Source: a virus
DNA: 64,000 nt
Virus record (IMG/VR): IMGVR_UViG_3300037067_015055
Reading direction: 5' to 3' (one strand)
A program made the translations under genes and the position numbers. This document shows positions 38,203 to 47,468 of this stretch, piece after piece (within the stretch, counting starts at the first letter, position 1; each line of letters starts with the position of its first letter). A model generated the notes under the pieces. It had not been told where the DNA came from and did not search any database. It was given only the letters and a program-made list of their open reading frames with translations.

Positions 38203-41183
38203 ATATGATAAATCTATCAGTATCTCAAACTCAAGTCAAGTGGTACGACGGACAGCAAATTGATCAGGACGATATGACTACTGAGTCAGATCGTAACGTC
38301 AAGATTGATGCTTCAATTGTCCAGAATCATTTTGGTTCAGGTGTGCTTCCATCTTCCTCATCGCAAATTGTAATTTTTGATACTGATTATTTGTTCTCTG
38401 ATCAGGCGGCACTGATTGCTTCGAATGACTTTGATGGAACAGGGCTTAGACCTTTGGTACAGCCATCAGATGCTATTCTAGGTAATCAACTTGAAGTTGA
38501 ATTATTAGATTCAGAAACGCAGGAAATTCACAAAAGAATAACTAAAGTTGGAGGTCGTTTAAGCATTAAAGTATTAATTATCGGTTTGGATTTCCAGGGT
38601 AATTTACAATATGATAGGTTCTACTTTTACAAGAAAGAGAAGCAGGCCACAAAAAAGCATTACGCTAAGATACTTGCCATATTTACCAATGACTTTCTTG
38701 GGAATGACAATTGCTCACGTTTGTTAGGTGGGCGTGTAGTTATTAGAGAAACCAGCGCATTCCAGTTATCGCGTGACGGCATCATGATTGCGCAAGATGT
38801 GCAGCCAAATCTATTCTTTCGAGACTTTAAGACTCCAAACCCAGCAGCCACTCTATACCAGACTATTCAAGCTGGTATTGGACTTCAGTATAATGTAGAC
38901 GCCCTCCATATCAATACCACCGTCAAAAGTGATTTTGAGTTTGTTCCAGGAGATGTGACCACAAGGATATCTGAGAAATTCTTGGCAAAAAATAACAATA
39001 TCCAAAAGATTACAGTTCTTCTGGGTGTGCGCAAAAACAATACAGATATTGAACATTATTATGATTGGAGTGGTGAATTAGTAGTCAGTGTGTTCGAACT
39101 TCAAAGCACAGTGACGTCACCAACCGAACTAGTTCCTGGTCTAGCTATTGAGTTTGATCCTAATCCAATTCCACTTACCCAATTCAGTATAGATAAAGTT
39201 AGTTTAGAAAATCGTGGATATGTTCTAACCGATGTTCTTCAACCTATTGATTTGATATATAACAATTCTATCTTGGGCAACTCAGCCAATCCGGTTATTG
39301 TGCCTGGAAAGTACTATGCTATTTCAATTGGGCGTGCCGGTGATAGCAGTACAGGAACTATTTTTACTGGTATTGGAAATAGTCAGGTAACGGATGATCG
39401 CCTATCTATTTTTACTACTGAGTGGACTGATATTCCAGAGGCAGATCTTTGGTATCAGGTTTGGTCCGATACTGCAAAGGTAGCGGATGGAATGGCCTAT
39501 GATGCTGGCAATGGTATCCAAATTCCCAAGACAACTATCAATGATTTTGGGGCAGTTGTGGATTATGCATTTGACCAAAATTCATTTGCAGATACAGGGC
39601 AAAATACCCTAAACACTGGTGTTGTAGAAGCTGTAGAGAGGCAGTTTCAGCAAGCTCAAGATGAACGTACAGGTAACCCAGTATTTTCTCGTCAGCAATT
39701 TGAGCCTAGTTTCAGCTTTGCCACAAGTGCAACGTTATCTATCATTAGGGAAAATACCGATCCAGTGATTATTGGTTGCTCACGAGATGTTAATGCCAAG
39801 GTCAATAATGTAATTTCTGGAACTCAAATATTCCCAGGTTTAGCTAAAGGGAATACTTTCATTATTATTAACCCAAATGCAGACCTAATTTCCCAGCAGT
39901 TAGTTGGTAGTAAACTGATTCCAAACAATAATTGTGCAGGAATTGGCTATAGTATTTCTGCGGTTCGTCTTTGCACTGATGGTTATGGAGATGTGAATGG
40001 AGATGGTATTATCGATCATTTTGATTATGATCGAGTTACTCAGTTGTTAGGGCAATCTCTATCACTTGAGTCTACGCAGGCATTAATTAATGCTGGTGTA
40101 TACGATACGCTTGAGATTATTCGTGCTGACGTAGATGGTGATGGATACGTTTCGCATAATGATATTGATTTAATTTCTGCCTACATATCAAAGGATGGTT
40201 ATCATTCATTCCCGGTAGGCTCTAGCTTCACTCATATTGAGATAGAAGTTCAAAATTCAACTGGGAGATATGATGGATATTACGATTGTGATGGGTATAT
40301 CCGAGTCCATGGTGACAGCACCAATAAAGTAAATCCAGCCGATCTGTCAGCTATTGATTTGAAGTATTATGGATTTAATAGCGTACCAAACATTACCGCA
40401 GAGGATCCTGCCTTTATCCTAGTACCATTTGTTCCAGTGCCGTTCGTGGTTGCTCCAATACCGTTTTGGAAAGATTACATGCTACAAGTCAGCAGCGAGG
40501 CTAGGTTGGTACCAGCCACGTTCACCTTTGCTAACGATACCAGAACTCTAATAGATCAGAATACCGGGGTCTGTATCGCTGATGAAGCTATTGTGTGCAT
40601 CGATCCTTTCGAGTTCGGAGGTGCATGCAATCCTGGAAGGAACGACTTCTTTGTTCCTGACAATCTTATTATTGGAAAAGGGCAAATTCTTGATCGGTCC
40701 GGAAACTATTTCAAACAAGATTTTGAGGTTCATACCATTGTCTTAGAGCTACCTCAGGGGATTAAATTTAACCAAGCGGTGATTGATGTTTATCAAAAGC
40801 TGGTTTTGGATAGTGGTGATGGTTTCACTTCCACTGGATATCCTGCGGCGAAATTTGCTGATTGCACTACGGTAAAATCAGGTGCATTGGAAAGTAATCA
40901 ACTTCGATTTGGCGTGTCGATTCAATCAATATTCCCAAATCAGGATGGAACGGATATAGATGGCTATGGAATTATCATTGATAATGTCTTTGGTGTTCAT
41001 ATGGATCAGTCAACTGGATTGATGACACTAACAATTAATGATATATCTAGCAGTGCGCAATACCCAGATTTGAGAACCAAGGTACTAATCACTGTATATC
41101 TCAAGAAAGCTGGGTGGAGCAATGTTCCGCTAGTAATACCTTACAACCAAATAGCTGGTCTGTTCATGTCTGGCGTAGCATAG
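38199..41183 (+). CDS. Tail fibre-like protein (994 aa) carrying a dockerin-type double Ca-binding repeat
   Basis: Start overlaps upstream stop (ATGA); residues ~596-666 GDVNGDGIIDHFDYDRVTQLLG ... ADVDGDGYVSHNDIDLISAYI fit the type-I dockerin repeat consensus. Confidence 0.5.
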   Translation: MNMINLSVSQTQVKWYDGQQIDQDDMTTESDRNVKIDASIVQNHFGSGVLPSSSSQIVIFDTDYLFSDQAALIASNDFDGTGLRPLVQPSDAILGNQLEVELLDSETQEIHKRITKVGGRLSIKVLIIGLDFQGNLQYDRFYFYKKEKQATKKHYAKILAIFTNDFLGNDNCSRLLGGRVVIRETSAFQLSRDGIMIAQDVQPNLFFRDFKTPNPAATLYQTIQAGIGLQYNVDALHINTTVKSDFEFVPGDVTTRISEKFLAKNNNIQKITVLLGVRKNNTDIEHYYDWSGELVVSVFELQSTVTSPTELVPGLAIEFDPNPIPLTQFSIDKVSLENRGYVLTDVLQPIDLIYNNSILGNSANPVIVPGKYYAISIGRAGDSSTGTIFTGIGNSQVTDDRLSIFTTEWTDIPEADLWYQVWSDTAKVADGMAYDAGNGIQIPKTTINDFGAVVDYAFDQNSFADTGQNTLNTGVVEAVERQFQQAQDERTGNPVFSRQQFEPSFSFATSATLSIIRENTDPVIIGCSRDVNAKVNNVISGTQIFPGLAKGNTFIIINPNADLISQQLVGSKLIPNNNCAGIGYSISAVRLCTDGYGDVNGDGIIDHFDYDRVTQLLGQSLSLESTQALINAGVYDTLEIIRADVDGDGYVSHNDIDLISAYISKDGYHSFPVGSSFTHIEIEVQNSTGRYDGYYDCDGYIRVHGDSTNKVNPADLSAIDLKYYGFNSVPNITAEDPAFILVPFVPVPFVVAPIPFWKDYMLQVSSEARLVPATFTFANDTRTLIDQNTGVCIADEAIVCIDPFEFGGACNPGRNDFFVPDNLIIGKGQILDRSGNYFKQDFEVHTIVLELPQGIKFNQAVIDVYQKLVLDSGDGFTSTGYPAAKFADCTTVKSGALESNQLRFGVSIQSIFPNQDGTDIDGYGIIIDNVFGVHMDQSTGLMTLTINDISSSAQYPDLRTKVLITVYLKKAGWSNVPLVIPYNQIAGLFMSGVA
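39984..40196 (+). other. Dockerin-like domain (two DxDGDG-type Ca-binding loops each followed by a helix)
   Basis: Direct reading of translation; nt coordinates computed from residue positions 596-666. Confidence 0.5.
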
Positions 41184-41199
41184 ATTTAATCGGAGAAAA

Positions 41200-41403
41200 A
41201 TGAAAAAATTCATAACGTTATCATTCTTATTGTCGGCTTTGTTGCTATCATGTACCACAAACAAAACCAATCCTATCCCGCAGGTTGACGTTGGAGCAGC
41301 TGGAGCGGTTGGTATTGGTGGTGGTTTCAGCGCTGCTGGTACCTGTGATGTATCTGAAAGCGATGCTGGAGCTGGCGGAATTGCTGGAGTTGGTGGTAAG
41401 TAA
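41200..41403 (+). CDS. Small lipoprotein (67 aa precursor; lipobox LLSC; Gly/Ala-rich mature part)
   Basis: MKKFITLSFLLSALLLSC: classic signal peptidase II signal; starts 17 nt after fibre gene stop. Confidence 0.55.
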   Translation: MKKFITLSFLLSALLLSCTTNKTNPIPQVDVGAAGAVGIGGGFSAAGTCDVSESDAGAGGIAGVGGK

Positions 41404-41441
41404 TAGTCGAGAAGATGTAATTTATAGCCTTTTCAATTCAT

Positions 41442-42563
41442 ATGAGGATAAAGTTTCAACAATTTCTATTTGGCCAAAATCATTCATGGCAAATTGTAGG
41501 ACAGAATTTAGGTAGAGCACTTATAAAATTAGGTCATGATGTAGAATTTGTTTCAACAGACGGATTTGAACAGAGATTTGCTCCAAGTGACTTACTTCCT
41601 TTTGTTAGACAAAATCCTACTGGTCAATACGACTGTCAGATTAGTTATACAGCTCCTCATAACTGGCCCAACTATCTAAGTCATGGTACCAAGAACAGAT
41701 TTGGTATTTGGAATTACGAGTACAACAATAAAAGGTCAGTTGATAAGAACCAATCATTGCTGAAAGGATTTGCTAAGTTCTATAAATCAACTGACCTTGT
41801 TCTTCCATCCTCTAATTTCTCAAAAGAAGTATTCATTAATATGGGAATTCCTAATGAGAATATGGTAGTTGTTCCTCATGGAATTAACCTTCAAGATTTT
41901 GAGAGTGATAATACTTTCAAACTAAATACAAAAAAGACAAAAAAGATACTTCTCAACATTGCACAACCACATCGTAGAAAGGCTTTGCATCTTGCATTGA
42001 AGGCTTTTGGGCAGGCTTTTACCAAAGAAGATGATGTATGTTTGATAGCTAAGGTTTTCAAGCAGAACAAGAAGGATCATCCGTTTGACATTGACTTTAC
42101 TGGGTTATTTAAGACGTTTCAGACGAAGTTTCCTCTGCACGCTGAGGTTGAGTTTGTCTATTCATACATCCCTAATATCGCAGACTTGTATAAATCCTGT
42201 GATATAAATTTCTCAGCTACATTTGCTGAATGTTGGCACTTACCGTCTTTGGAAGCTCTTGCCTCTGGTATTATTAATGTGGTTCCAAGATATGGTGGAC
42301 AACTTGATTTCTGCAATGATGATAACTCACTTCTTATCGATGGAAATATTGTCAGAGCTCCCAGAGATCACCAGTATTGGGAGTCAACCCCTCACGCCGT
42401 GCATTTTGAAATAGATACAAATGATGCAGCTCGTAAACTACAGAGAGCAGTTTCTGAGTTTGATACTTTGAAGGCTAAATTTTCACCAAACATGACGGAG
42501 ACGGCCAAGAAGTTTACCTGGGAGAATGCAGCTAATCAGATTTTGGAGTTGTGCCATGATTGA
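41442..42563 (+). CDS. Glycosyltransferase, GT-B fold, family GT4-like (373 aa)
   Basis: C-terminal motif CWHLPSLEALASGIINVVPRYGGQLDFCNDDNSLLID matches the GT4/Glycos_transf_1 E..G.P..EAma.G.PvV....gG region. Confidence 0.65.
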   Translation: MRIKFQQFLFGQNHSWQIVGQNLGRALIKLGHDVEFVSTDGFEQRFAPSDLLPFVRQNPTGQYDCQISYTAPHNWPNYLSHGTKNRFGIWNYEYNNKRSVDKNQSLLKGFAKFYKSTDLVLPSSNFSKEVFINMGIPNENMVVVPHGINLQDFESDNTFKLNTKKTKKILLNIAQPHRRKALHLALKAFGQAFTKEDDVCLIAKVFKQNKKDHPFDIDFTGLFKTFQTKFPLHAEVEFVYSYIPNIADLYKSCDINFSATFAECWHLPSLEALASGIINVVPRYGGQLDFCNDDNSLLIDGNIVRAPRDHQYWESTPHAVHFEIDTNDAARKLQRAVSEFDTLKAKFSPNMTETAKKFTWENAANQILELCHD

Positions 42564-43260
42564 AAAAAAACTAGCTATCGTAATCCCGGTTTGGAATCAA
42601 TGGGCCTATACTAAGAGAGCCATTATCGATTTAGCTGCTCTTCCAGACAATCATTTATTGGTGATTGTTGATAACGGAAGTACTGATGGCAACTCCCAGC
42701 TAAGAAACTCCAATAGGCTTGAGATAGTCCGTCATTCCTCTAACCAGGGGTTTTCTAAAGGTTGCAATAGCGGATTTAAACGCGCCGTAGAGCTTGGCTA
42801 TGAGAATGTCATGTTCCTCAACAATGACATCCGGGTATTCGCCGAGGGTAAGGACGTTGAAACGTGGACAGAGCCATTGCTTCAGGCCGCACAAGATGGC
42901 TACATCGCCGGTCCAACTGCTGGGTATTTGGATGAGCAATTCAACTTCATTTGCGAGGCTTCCAAGCTCCCCACGCGCGGGTATGGGTACCTGAGCGGCT
43001 GGAACATCACGGCTTCCACCAAGACGTGGCAGAGGTTGATTTTAGATGGTGATACTGGGCCGTTTAATACCAGATTCATTTCCTACTTCGAGGATACTGA
43101 CCTATCTCTTCGAGCGCAGAAGATGGGTATTGAATTGAAGATTATAGAAGTTCCTGTTCGGCACATCGGTAAAGTTACCGGCAAGAAGGCTGGGCTTTCA
43201 GCGTTATATACACAGTCTCGGAAAACGTTTATTGAACTATGGAGTAAGAAATATGTATAA
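42556..43260 (+). CDS. Glycosyltransferase family 2 (start likely ATG 42556, MIEKKLAIVIPVWNQ...)
   Basis: LAIVIPVWNQ ... LLVIVDNGSTDG is the canonical GT2 N-terminal signature; ATGATTGA overlap with upstream stop. Confidence 0.75.
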   Translation: MIEKKLAIVIPVWNQWAYTKRAIIDLAALPDNHLLVIVDNGSTDGNSQLRNSNRLEIVRHSSNQGFSKGCNSGFKRAVELGYENVMFLNNDIRVFAEGKDVETWTEPLLQAAQDGYIAGPTAGYLDEQFNFICEASKLPTRGYGYLSGWNITASTKTWQRLILDGDTGPFNTRFISYFEDTDLSLRAQKMGIELKIIEVPVRHIGKVTGKKAGLSALYTQSRKTFIELWSKKYV

Positions 43261-43287
43261 TTGCATATTTTTACAGGCAAGGAACGT

Positions 43288-43416
43288 ATGTTTAATCAGA
43301 GTAAAAAGATAACATTGAGTGATTGCCAAAGGTTTGCAAAATCTATAAATGGCGAATGTCTTAGTGATGTTTATTCATATCGGCTAATAACTATGGAGAT
43401 GCAAAATGGGTCATGA
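43288..43416 (+). CDS. Possible small protein (42 aa, two Cys) in the largest intergenic gap of the window
   Basis: ATG preceded by AAGGAA 4 nt upstream; otherwise unsupported. Confidence 0.25.
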   Translation: MFNQSKKITLSDCQRFAKSINGECLSDVYSYRLITMEMQNGS

Positions 43417-43509
43417 ATGGAAGGCTATAATAAATAGTGTTATAAATCTTGGAACTTGGCGTCCTCATTGTCGCGAGACCCCTCGCAAAATTACTGAGAG
43501 GATTTCTTT

Positions 43510-44295
43510 ATGATCCATATACTAACTTTGCACTGGAATGCTAAAGATAAAATTGAGAAGCTACATAAGTCTCTAATTCCAGCTGTGGAGATGTTTGATT
43601 ACAAGTGGTGGATAAAGGACAATGGTTCCAAGGATGGCTCCGCCGAATATTTGACATCCATCCAAAATGGCAGGATAGAACCGTTCTTTTGTGGCCATAA
43701 TACTGACTCTTTCGCTAGTGGTATGAATATCCTGTTCGAGCGAGCCAAGCCCGCCGATGACGATGTGATTATGCTGCTCAACAACGATCTTTGGTTTGGG
43801 GACAAGGCTTCGGTTGTTGAGATGCACAAACTGCTTACTGATGAAGTTGGAATGGTGGGCGCTAGGATTTTGTATCCTGATGGCCAACGGTTGCAACATG
43901 CGGGAGTTTACTTCTCTAAGAAGTATAACTACTTTCCGTACCACTATCGACATCAAGAGGTTGGTGATTCGGCATCACAAAAAAATAGAGAATTCCAAGC
44001 TGTCACGGCGGCTGTAGTTCTCATTCGGGCAGGTGATTATCGAAGGGCATGTACCACCAACAAGAGTGGGCGTGTTGGAATGTGCGAAGGGTATTTCTGG
44101 TCTTTTGAGGATATTGATCTTTGCTTGACAGTTAAGTATCGCCTGAATAAGAAGATTATGTATTGCGGTAAGACCAACATCTTTCATGAGGAGAGTGCCT
44201 CCCTAAAAAAGAACCCCATGCACAAACTGATGATGAACACTAATTGCACGCTATTTCGCAAAAAGTGGGAGGGCGTCTATAAGCATGATGACTAA
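43510..44295 (+). CDS. Glycosyltransferase family 2-like (261 aa)
   Basis: IHILTLHWNAKDKIEKLHKSLIP...KWWIKDNGSKDGS pattern; RBS GAGAGGA. Confidence 0.6.
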   Translation: MIHILTLHWNAKDKIEKLHKSLIPAVEMFDYKWWIKDNGSKDGSAEYLTSIQNGRIEPFFCGHNTDSFASGMNILFERAKPADDDVIMLLNNDLWFGDKASVVEMHKLLTDEVGMVGARILYPDGQRLQHAGVYFSKKYNYFPYHYRHQEVGDSASQKNREFQAVTAAVVLIRAGDYRRACTTNKSGRVGMCEGYFWSFEDIDLCLTVKYRLNKKIMYCGKTNIFHEESASLKKNPMHKLMMNTNCTLFRKKWEGVYKHDD

Positions 44296-45254
44296 TGAAA
44301 CCCAAGCGCAAATACAAAGCCAGGTACTTTCCATTTTCTCCTGGAATCCCATGGAAAATTGAGCGGGGAAAATATGTCATTCCAGAAATTGATTTTGAAA
44401 CCTGGCATAAGATTCTTGATGGCCGCAATATCATCATTACTGCGTTCGGCGGCTTATTAGAGTCATTTTTGTCTTTAAGCGCAGTTGAAGCTATTTTATC
44501 TATTGACTCTGCGCACAAGGTCTATTGGCTTGGTAATCAAGAGTATTCCTTCTTGGTACGGCTGCAAGGCTTGTGTAAGATCAGTCTCATCAATCTCACA
44601 AAAGAAACCCTAAAGCAGTATCCGGTTCCGTTATTTTTGGATGGCAAGGGAAACGCCTACCTTAATGTTTTGAACAATTACATGCAGCGCACAAGCTATT
44701 GGGGAAAGTATCCAGAGGAAGTAACAGCGCCAGTTGTAGAACAGATATCTAGAAACATCATGATCCCTTGGGAAAGTTATGCTCCAAAGCTTAGAAATTT
44801 GGGGACTGAGTTCATAGATGAGCTCCAAAAAACAGGTCGAATACGCCAAATATCCAAGATTATCTCTATCATTCTGAACGAGACTAATAAAGATCTGTTA
44901 AAGTGGAGTCTGCAGAACTTCAAGGAGTTCTCACAACTAGCTTCTCATAAAGGATGGAAAGTTATTGTCTTCACAAACAACACAAATCTATTTCATGGGT
45001 CTAATATATTAGCAGTTGAATATAATCCAAGACACATACTTCAAGTCATCAAAAAATCATGGGTAATAATGTCCAATGATATTAATTGGTCATTGATGGC
45101 CTTGATGATATCAGAAGCCAAGTTGATATCCAAGCCTATAGATAACCAATATAGCCTATTCAAAAATGCCGAGTTCTTAGGCGCGAACAACGATATATTC
45201 ACAGATCGAAACCTTTATCCGATAGATGTTTTTGGGATTTGCGAGGGCTTATGA
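44295..45254 (+). CDS. Hypothetical protein (319 aa) within glycan island
   Basis: ATGA overlap with upstream gene; no motif recognised. Confidence 0.3.
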   Translation: MKPKRKYKARYFPFSPGIPWKIERGKYVIPEIDFETWHKILDGRNIIITAFGGLLESFLSLSAVEAILSIDSAHKVYWLGNQEYSFLVRLQGLCKISLINLTKETLKQYPVPLFLDGKGNAYLNVLNNYMQRTSYWGKYPEEVTAPVVEQISRNIMIPWESYAPKLRNLGTEFIDELQKTGRIRQISKIISIILNETNKDLLKWSLQNFKEFSQLASHKGWKVIVFTNNTNLFHGSNILAVEYNPRHILQVIKKSWVIMSNDINWSLMALMISEAKLISKPIDNQYSLFKNAEFLGANNDIFTDRNLYPIDVFGICEGL

Positions 45255-45385
45255 ACGATGCCTCTGTATAGGGAATATTTTCTAAGCAAAAAATACAGTT
45301 CTCAGAATCGTAGAATTATTCACCAGAGTTGTGGCGAATCACATTACCGGCTCTTATGGTTATTGCCCAAATGAAAGGAAAAATA

Positions 45386-46138
45386 ATGAAAACTGACACT
45401 GTTTTAATGATGGTAACATATGATCGACTTGATCTTACCAAGAAGACTATAGAAGCTTTACTAACCAGTACCGAGCATCCGTTTTCTTTGGTTGTAGTGG
45501 ATAATGGGTCCAAGGATGGGACTGTGGAATACCTTGAAAATATTGTGGGTGTCTACAACAGTGCCCCTCTTCAAGAGTTTCATAAGATTTTTCTTCCAGA
45601 GAATAAAGGAATTGCCATCGGGCGCAATCTGGCACTCAAGAAGGCTGATGAGATGAAACCAATTTGGTACTGTTCAATTGATAATGATGTACAGATGCCG
45701 AAAAGTTGGTTGGAAGATAGTATCAAAATTCTCCAGGCTAACAAAAGCTACGGAGCTATAGGAGTGAACTTCGAACCAAAACCATATCCTTTGGTAACAT
45801 TGAATGATTGCACGTTCCAAGATAAGCCAGCTGGAAATCTAGGAACGGCCTGTATGGTATTTCGAAAGCAATTACATCAAATGATCGGATTCTTCAATAC
45901 CGAGTATAATAAATATGGGTTAGAAGATAGTGATTTTGGAATACGTGCCAGAGTTGCCGGTTTCAAATTAGGCTATGTCAAGCAGATGGGCATTCACTTG
46001 GGCGAAGACAATAATGAGGTCAATGAGTATCGTAAATTCAAAACCCAGCAGCATAATGACCTTGTAGGAGTATTTCAAAGAAACTGCGGCTTGTATATGC
46101 AGAAACGCAAGCCAATTTATATTCCATTTAAGGATTAA
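45386..46138 (+). CDS. Glycosyltransferase family 2 (start likely ATG 45386, MKTDTVLMMVTYDRL...; alternative ATG 45371 or 45329)
   Basis: VLMMVTYDRLDLTKKTIEALL...SLVVVDNGSKDGT GT2 signature; AAAGGAAAA RBS before 45386. Confidence 0.7.
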   Translation: MKTDTVLMMVTYDRLDLTKKTIEALLTSTEHPFSLVVVDNGSKDGTVEYLENIVGVYNSAPLQEFHKIFLPENKGIAIGRNLALKKADEMKPIWYCSIDNDVQMPKSWLEDSIKILQANKSYGAIGVNFEPKPYPLVTLNDCTFQDKPAGNLGTACMVFRKQLHQMIGFFNTEYNKYGLEDSDFGIRARVAGFKLGYVKQMGIHLGEDNNEVNEYRKFKTQQHNDLVGVFQRNCGLYMQKRKPIYIPFKD

Positions 46139-46798
46139 ATGATCATCGTAACATCATTCGTATTATCCAAACGCAACGAGCGTAATAAGGAATTTTTATT
46201 TGCCCTAACCAAAAACTCAGCAAATGTATTAATTGACTCCATTCATGTGGTAACAGAGGATGAATCTGTTGTTGATTTTGTAAAGAATATAGGTAATGTG
46301 TGTGTTTTTAAAGTAGATTCGCGGCCTACTTTTAAGGTACTTGTTGATTACGCAAATACATTATCTGGTCCAGTTGCGATTGCTAATTCAGATATCTTTT
46401 TTGATGATTCATTGGCAATACCGGAACCAGGGGTGGCTTTTTGCCTTACTCGATGGTTTCCTGCTGTAAGTGGCAATGGTCCATGGCATGTTCGTCCATG
46501 GATTGAGAGTGACGGCATGTCGTTCGATGCTTGGATTTTTCATCCTCCAATAATAGTAAGTGATATAAATTTCTATCTTGGAATTCTTGGCTGTGATGGA
46601 AAATTTGCATATGAACTTCACCGCTCAGGATTGAAGGTAATTAATCCATCTAAAAAAATACGATCTTATCATGTTCATGGTTCTGTAATTAGGGATTATG
46701 GAGATGAGTGGGTTAAAGGAAGCTATCTTAGAATTGGTATGGTTGATGATTTTAAATATCACTCAAATCTTATCTATGTAACAATAACAAAGGAATAA
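46139..46798 (+). CDS. Hypothetical protein (219 aa) within glycan island
   Basis: Start codon abuts upstream stop (TAAATG); no motif recognised. Confidence 0.3.
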   Translation: MIIVTSFVLSKRNERNKEFLFALTKNSANVLIDSIHVVTEDESVVDFVKNIGNVCVFKVDSRPTFKVLVDYANTLSGPVAIANSDIFFDDSLAIPEPGVAFCLTRWFPAVSGNGPWHVRPWIESDGMSFDAWIFHPPIIVSDINFYLGILGCDGKFAYELHRSGLKVINPSKKIRSYHVHGSVIRDYGDEWVKGSYLRIGMVDDFKYHSNLIYVTITKE

Positions 46799-46799
46799 T

Positions 46800-47468
46800 A
46801 TGGAAATACCAGACGATATGAAGCAGTTTTTTTCTAATGGAGAATATTGCGAGAAAAATGTATATTACCATTTACAAAGATTGGTTGATTGTAATTCTGT
46901 ATTTTATGATATTGGAGCAAATTATGGATATTATTCCGTTAGGTTAGCTGGTGTGTGTAAGCAGATATATTCATTTGAACCTGTCACGAAAACTTTTTCA
47001 GTATTGTGTGAAAATACATCAAATTTTCCAAACGTGAAACCGATTAAATTAGGCCTATTTAATGAGTTTGGTGAACATGAAATAAACCTCTATAATGTTT
47101 CTGGTTGTAATTCTCTGTTTAGAAGAAATGTGAATGTTTTAAGATATGTTGGAGTTGAAAATATTCAATTAGATACTCTAGATCATGTGATTGATTACTT
47201 AAACTTACTTCCACCTACTATAATCAAAATGGACGTTGAGGGAGTTGAGAAGCATATCCTACAAGGAGCCTCTAATACCCTAACTCACAAACCTGTATTA
47301 TTATTAGAATACGGAATAACTACAGCAAATGATTCTGGATATGATGTATCGGATATTTTAGAAATACTTACAGGATATGGGTATAAAATACAAAGCTTAT
47401 CTGGTGATAATGATTTGTTTTTGTATGATCAAATAGATACCTCTACAACAAATATCTTAGCGACATAG
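46800..47468 (+). CDS. FkbM-family SAM-dependent methyltransferase (Methyltransf_21)
   Basis: VFYDIGANYGYYSVRLAG...IYSFEPVTKTFSVL matches the FkbM motif (DiGAN.G..s......v.afEP.p..f..L). Confidence 0.65.
   Translation: MEIPDDMKQFFSNGEYCEKNVYYHLQRLVDCNSVFYDIGANYGYYSVRLAGVCKQIYSFEPVTKTFSVLCENTSNFPNVKPIKLGLFNEFGEHEINLYNVSGCNSLFRRNVNVLRYVGVENIQLDTLDHVIDYLNLLPPTIIKMDVEGVEKHILQGASNTLTHKPVLLLEYGITTANDSGYDVSDILEILTGYGYKIQSLSGDNDLFLYDQIDTSTTNILAT

Noticed and set aside
41285-41515. 76-aa ORF overlapping the small lipoprotein gene
   Set aside because: It is out of frame with the lipoprotein ORF and has no RBS. It also overlaps the start region of the GT4 gene, so it is probably spurious.
43261-43509. 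tRNA, CRISPR repeat or T4-type late promoter (TATAAATA) in the largest intergenic gap and other gaps (9079-9226, 53432-53575)
   Set aside because: No cloverleaf-compatible T-loop (GTTCRA) or acceptor pairing was visible. No spaced direct repeats were found. Only a loose tataataaata and a weak 5-bp hairpin (gcgag-acccc-tcgc) are present.
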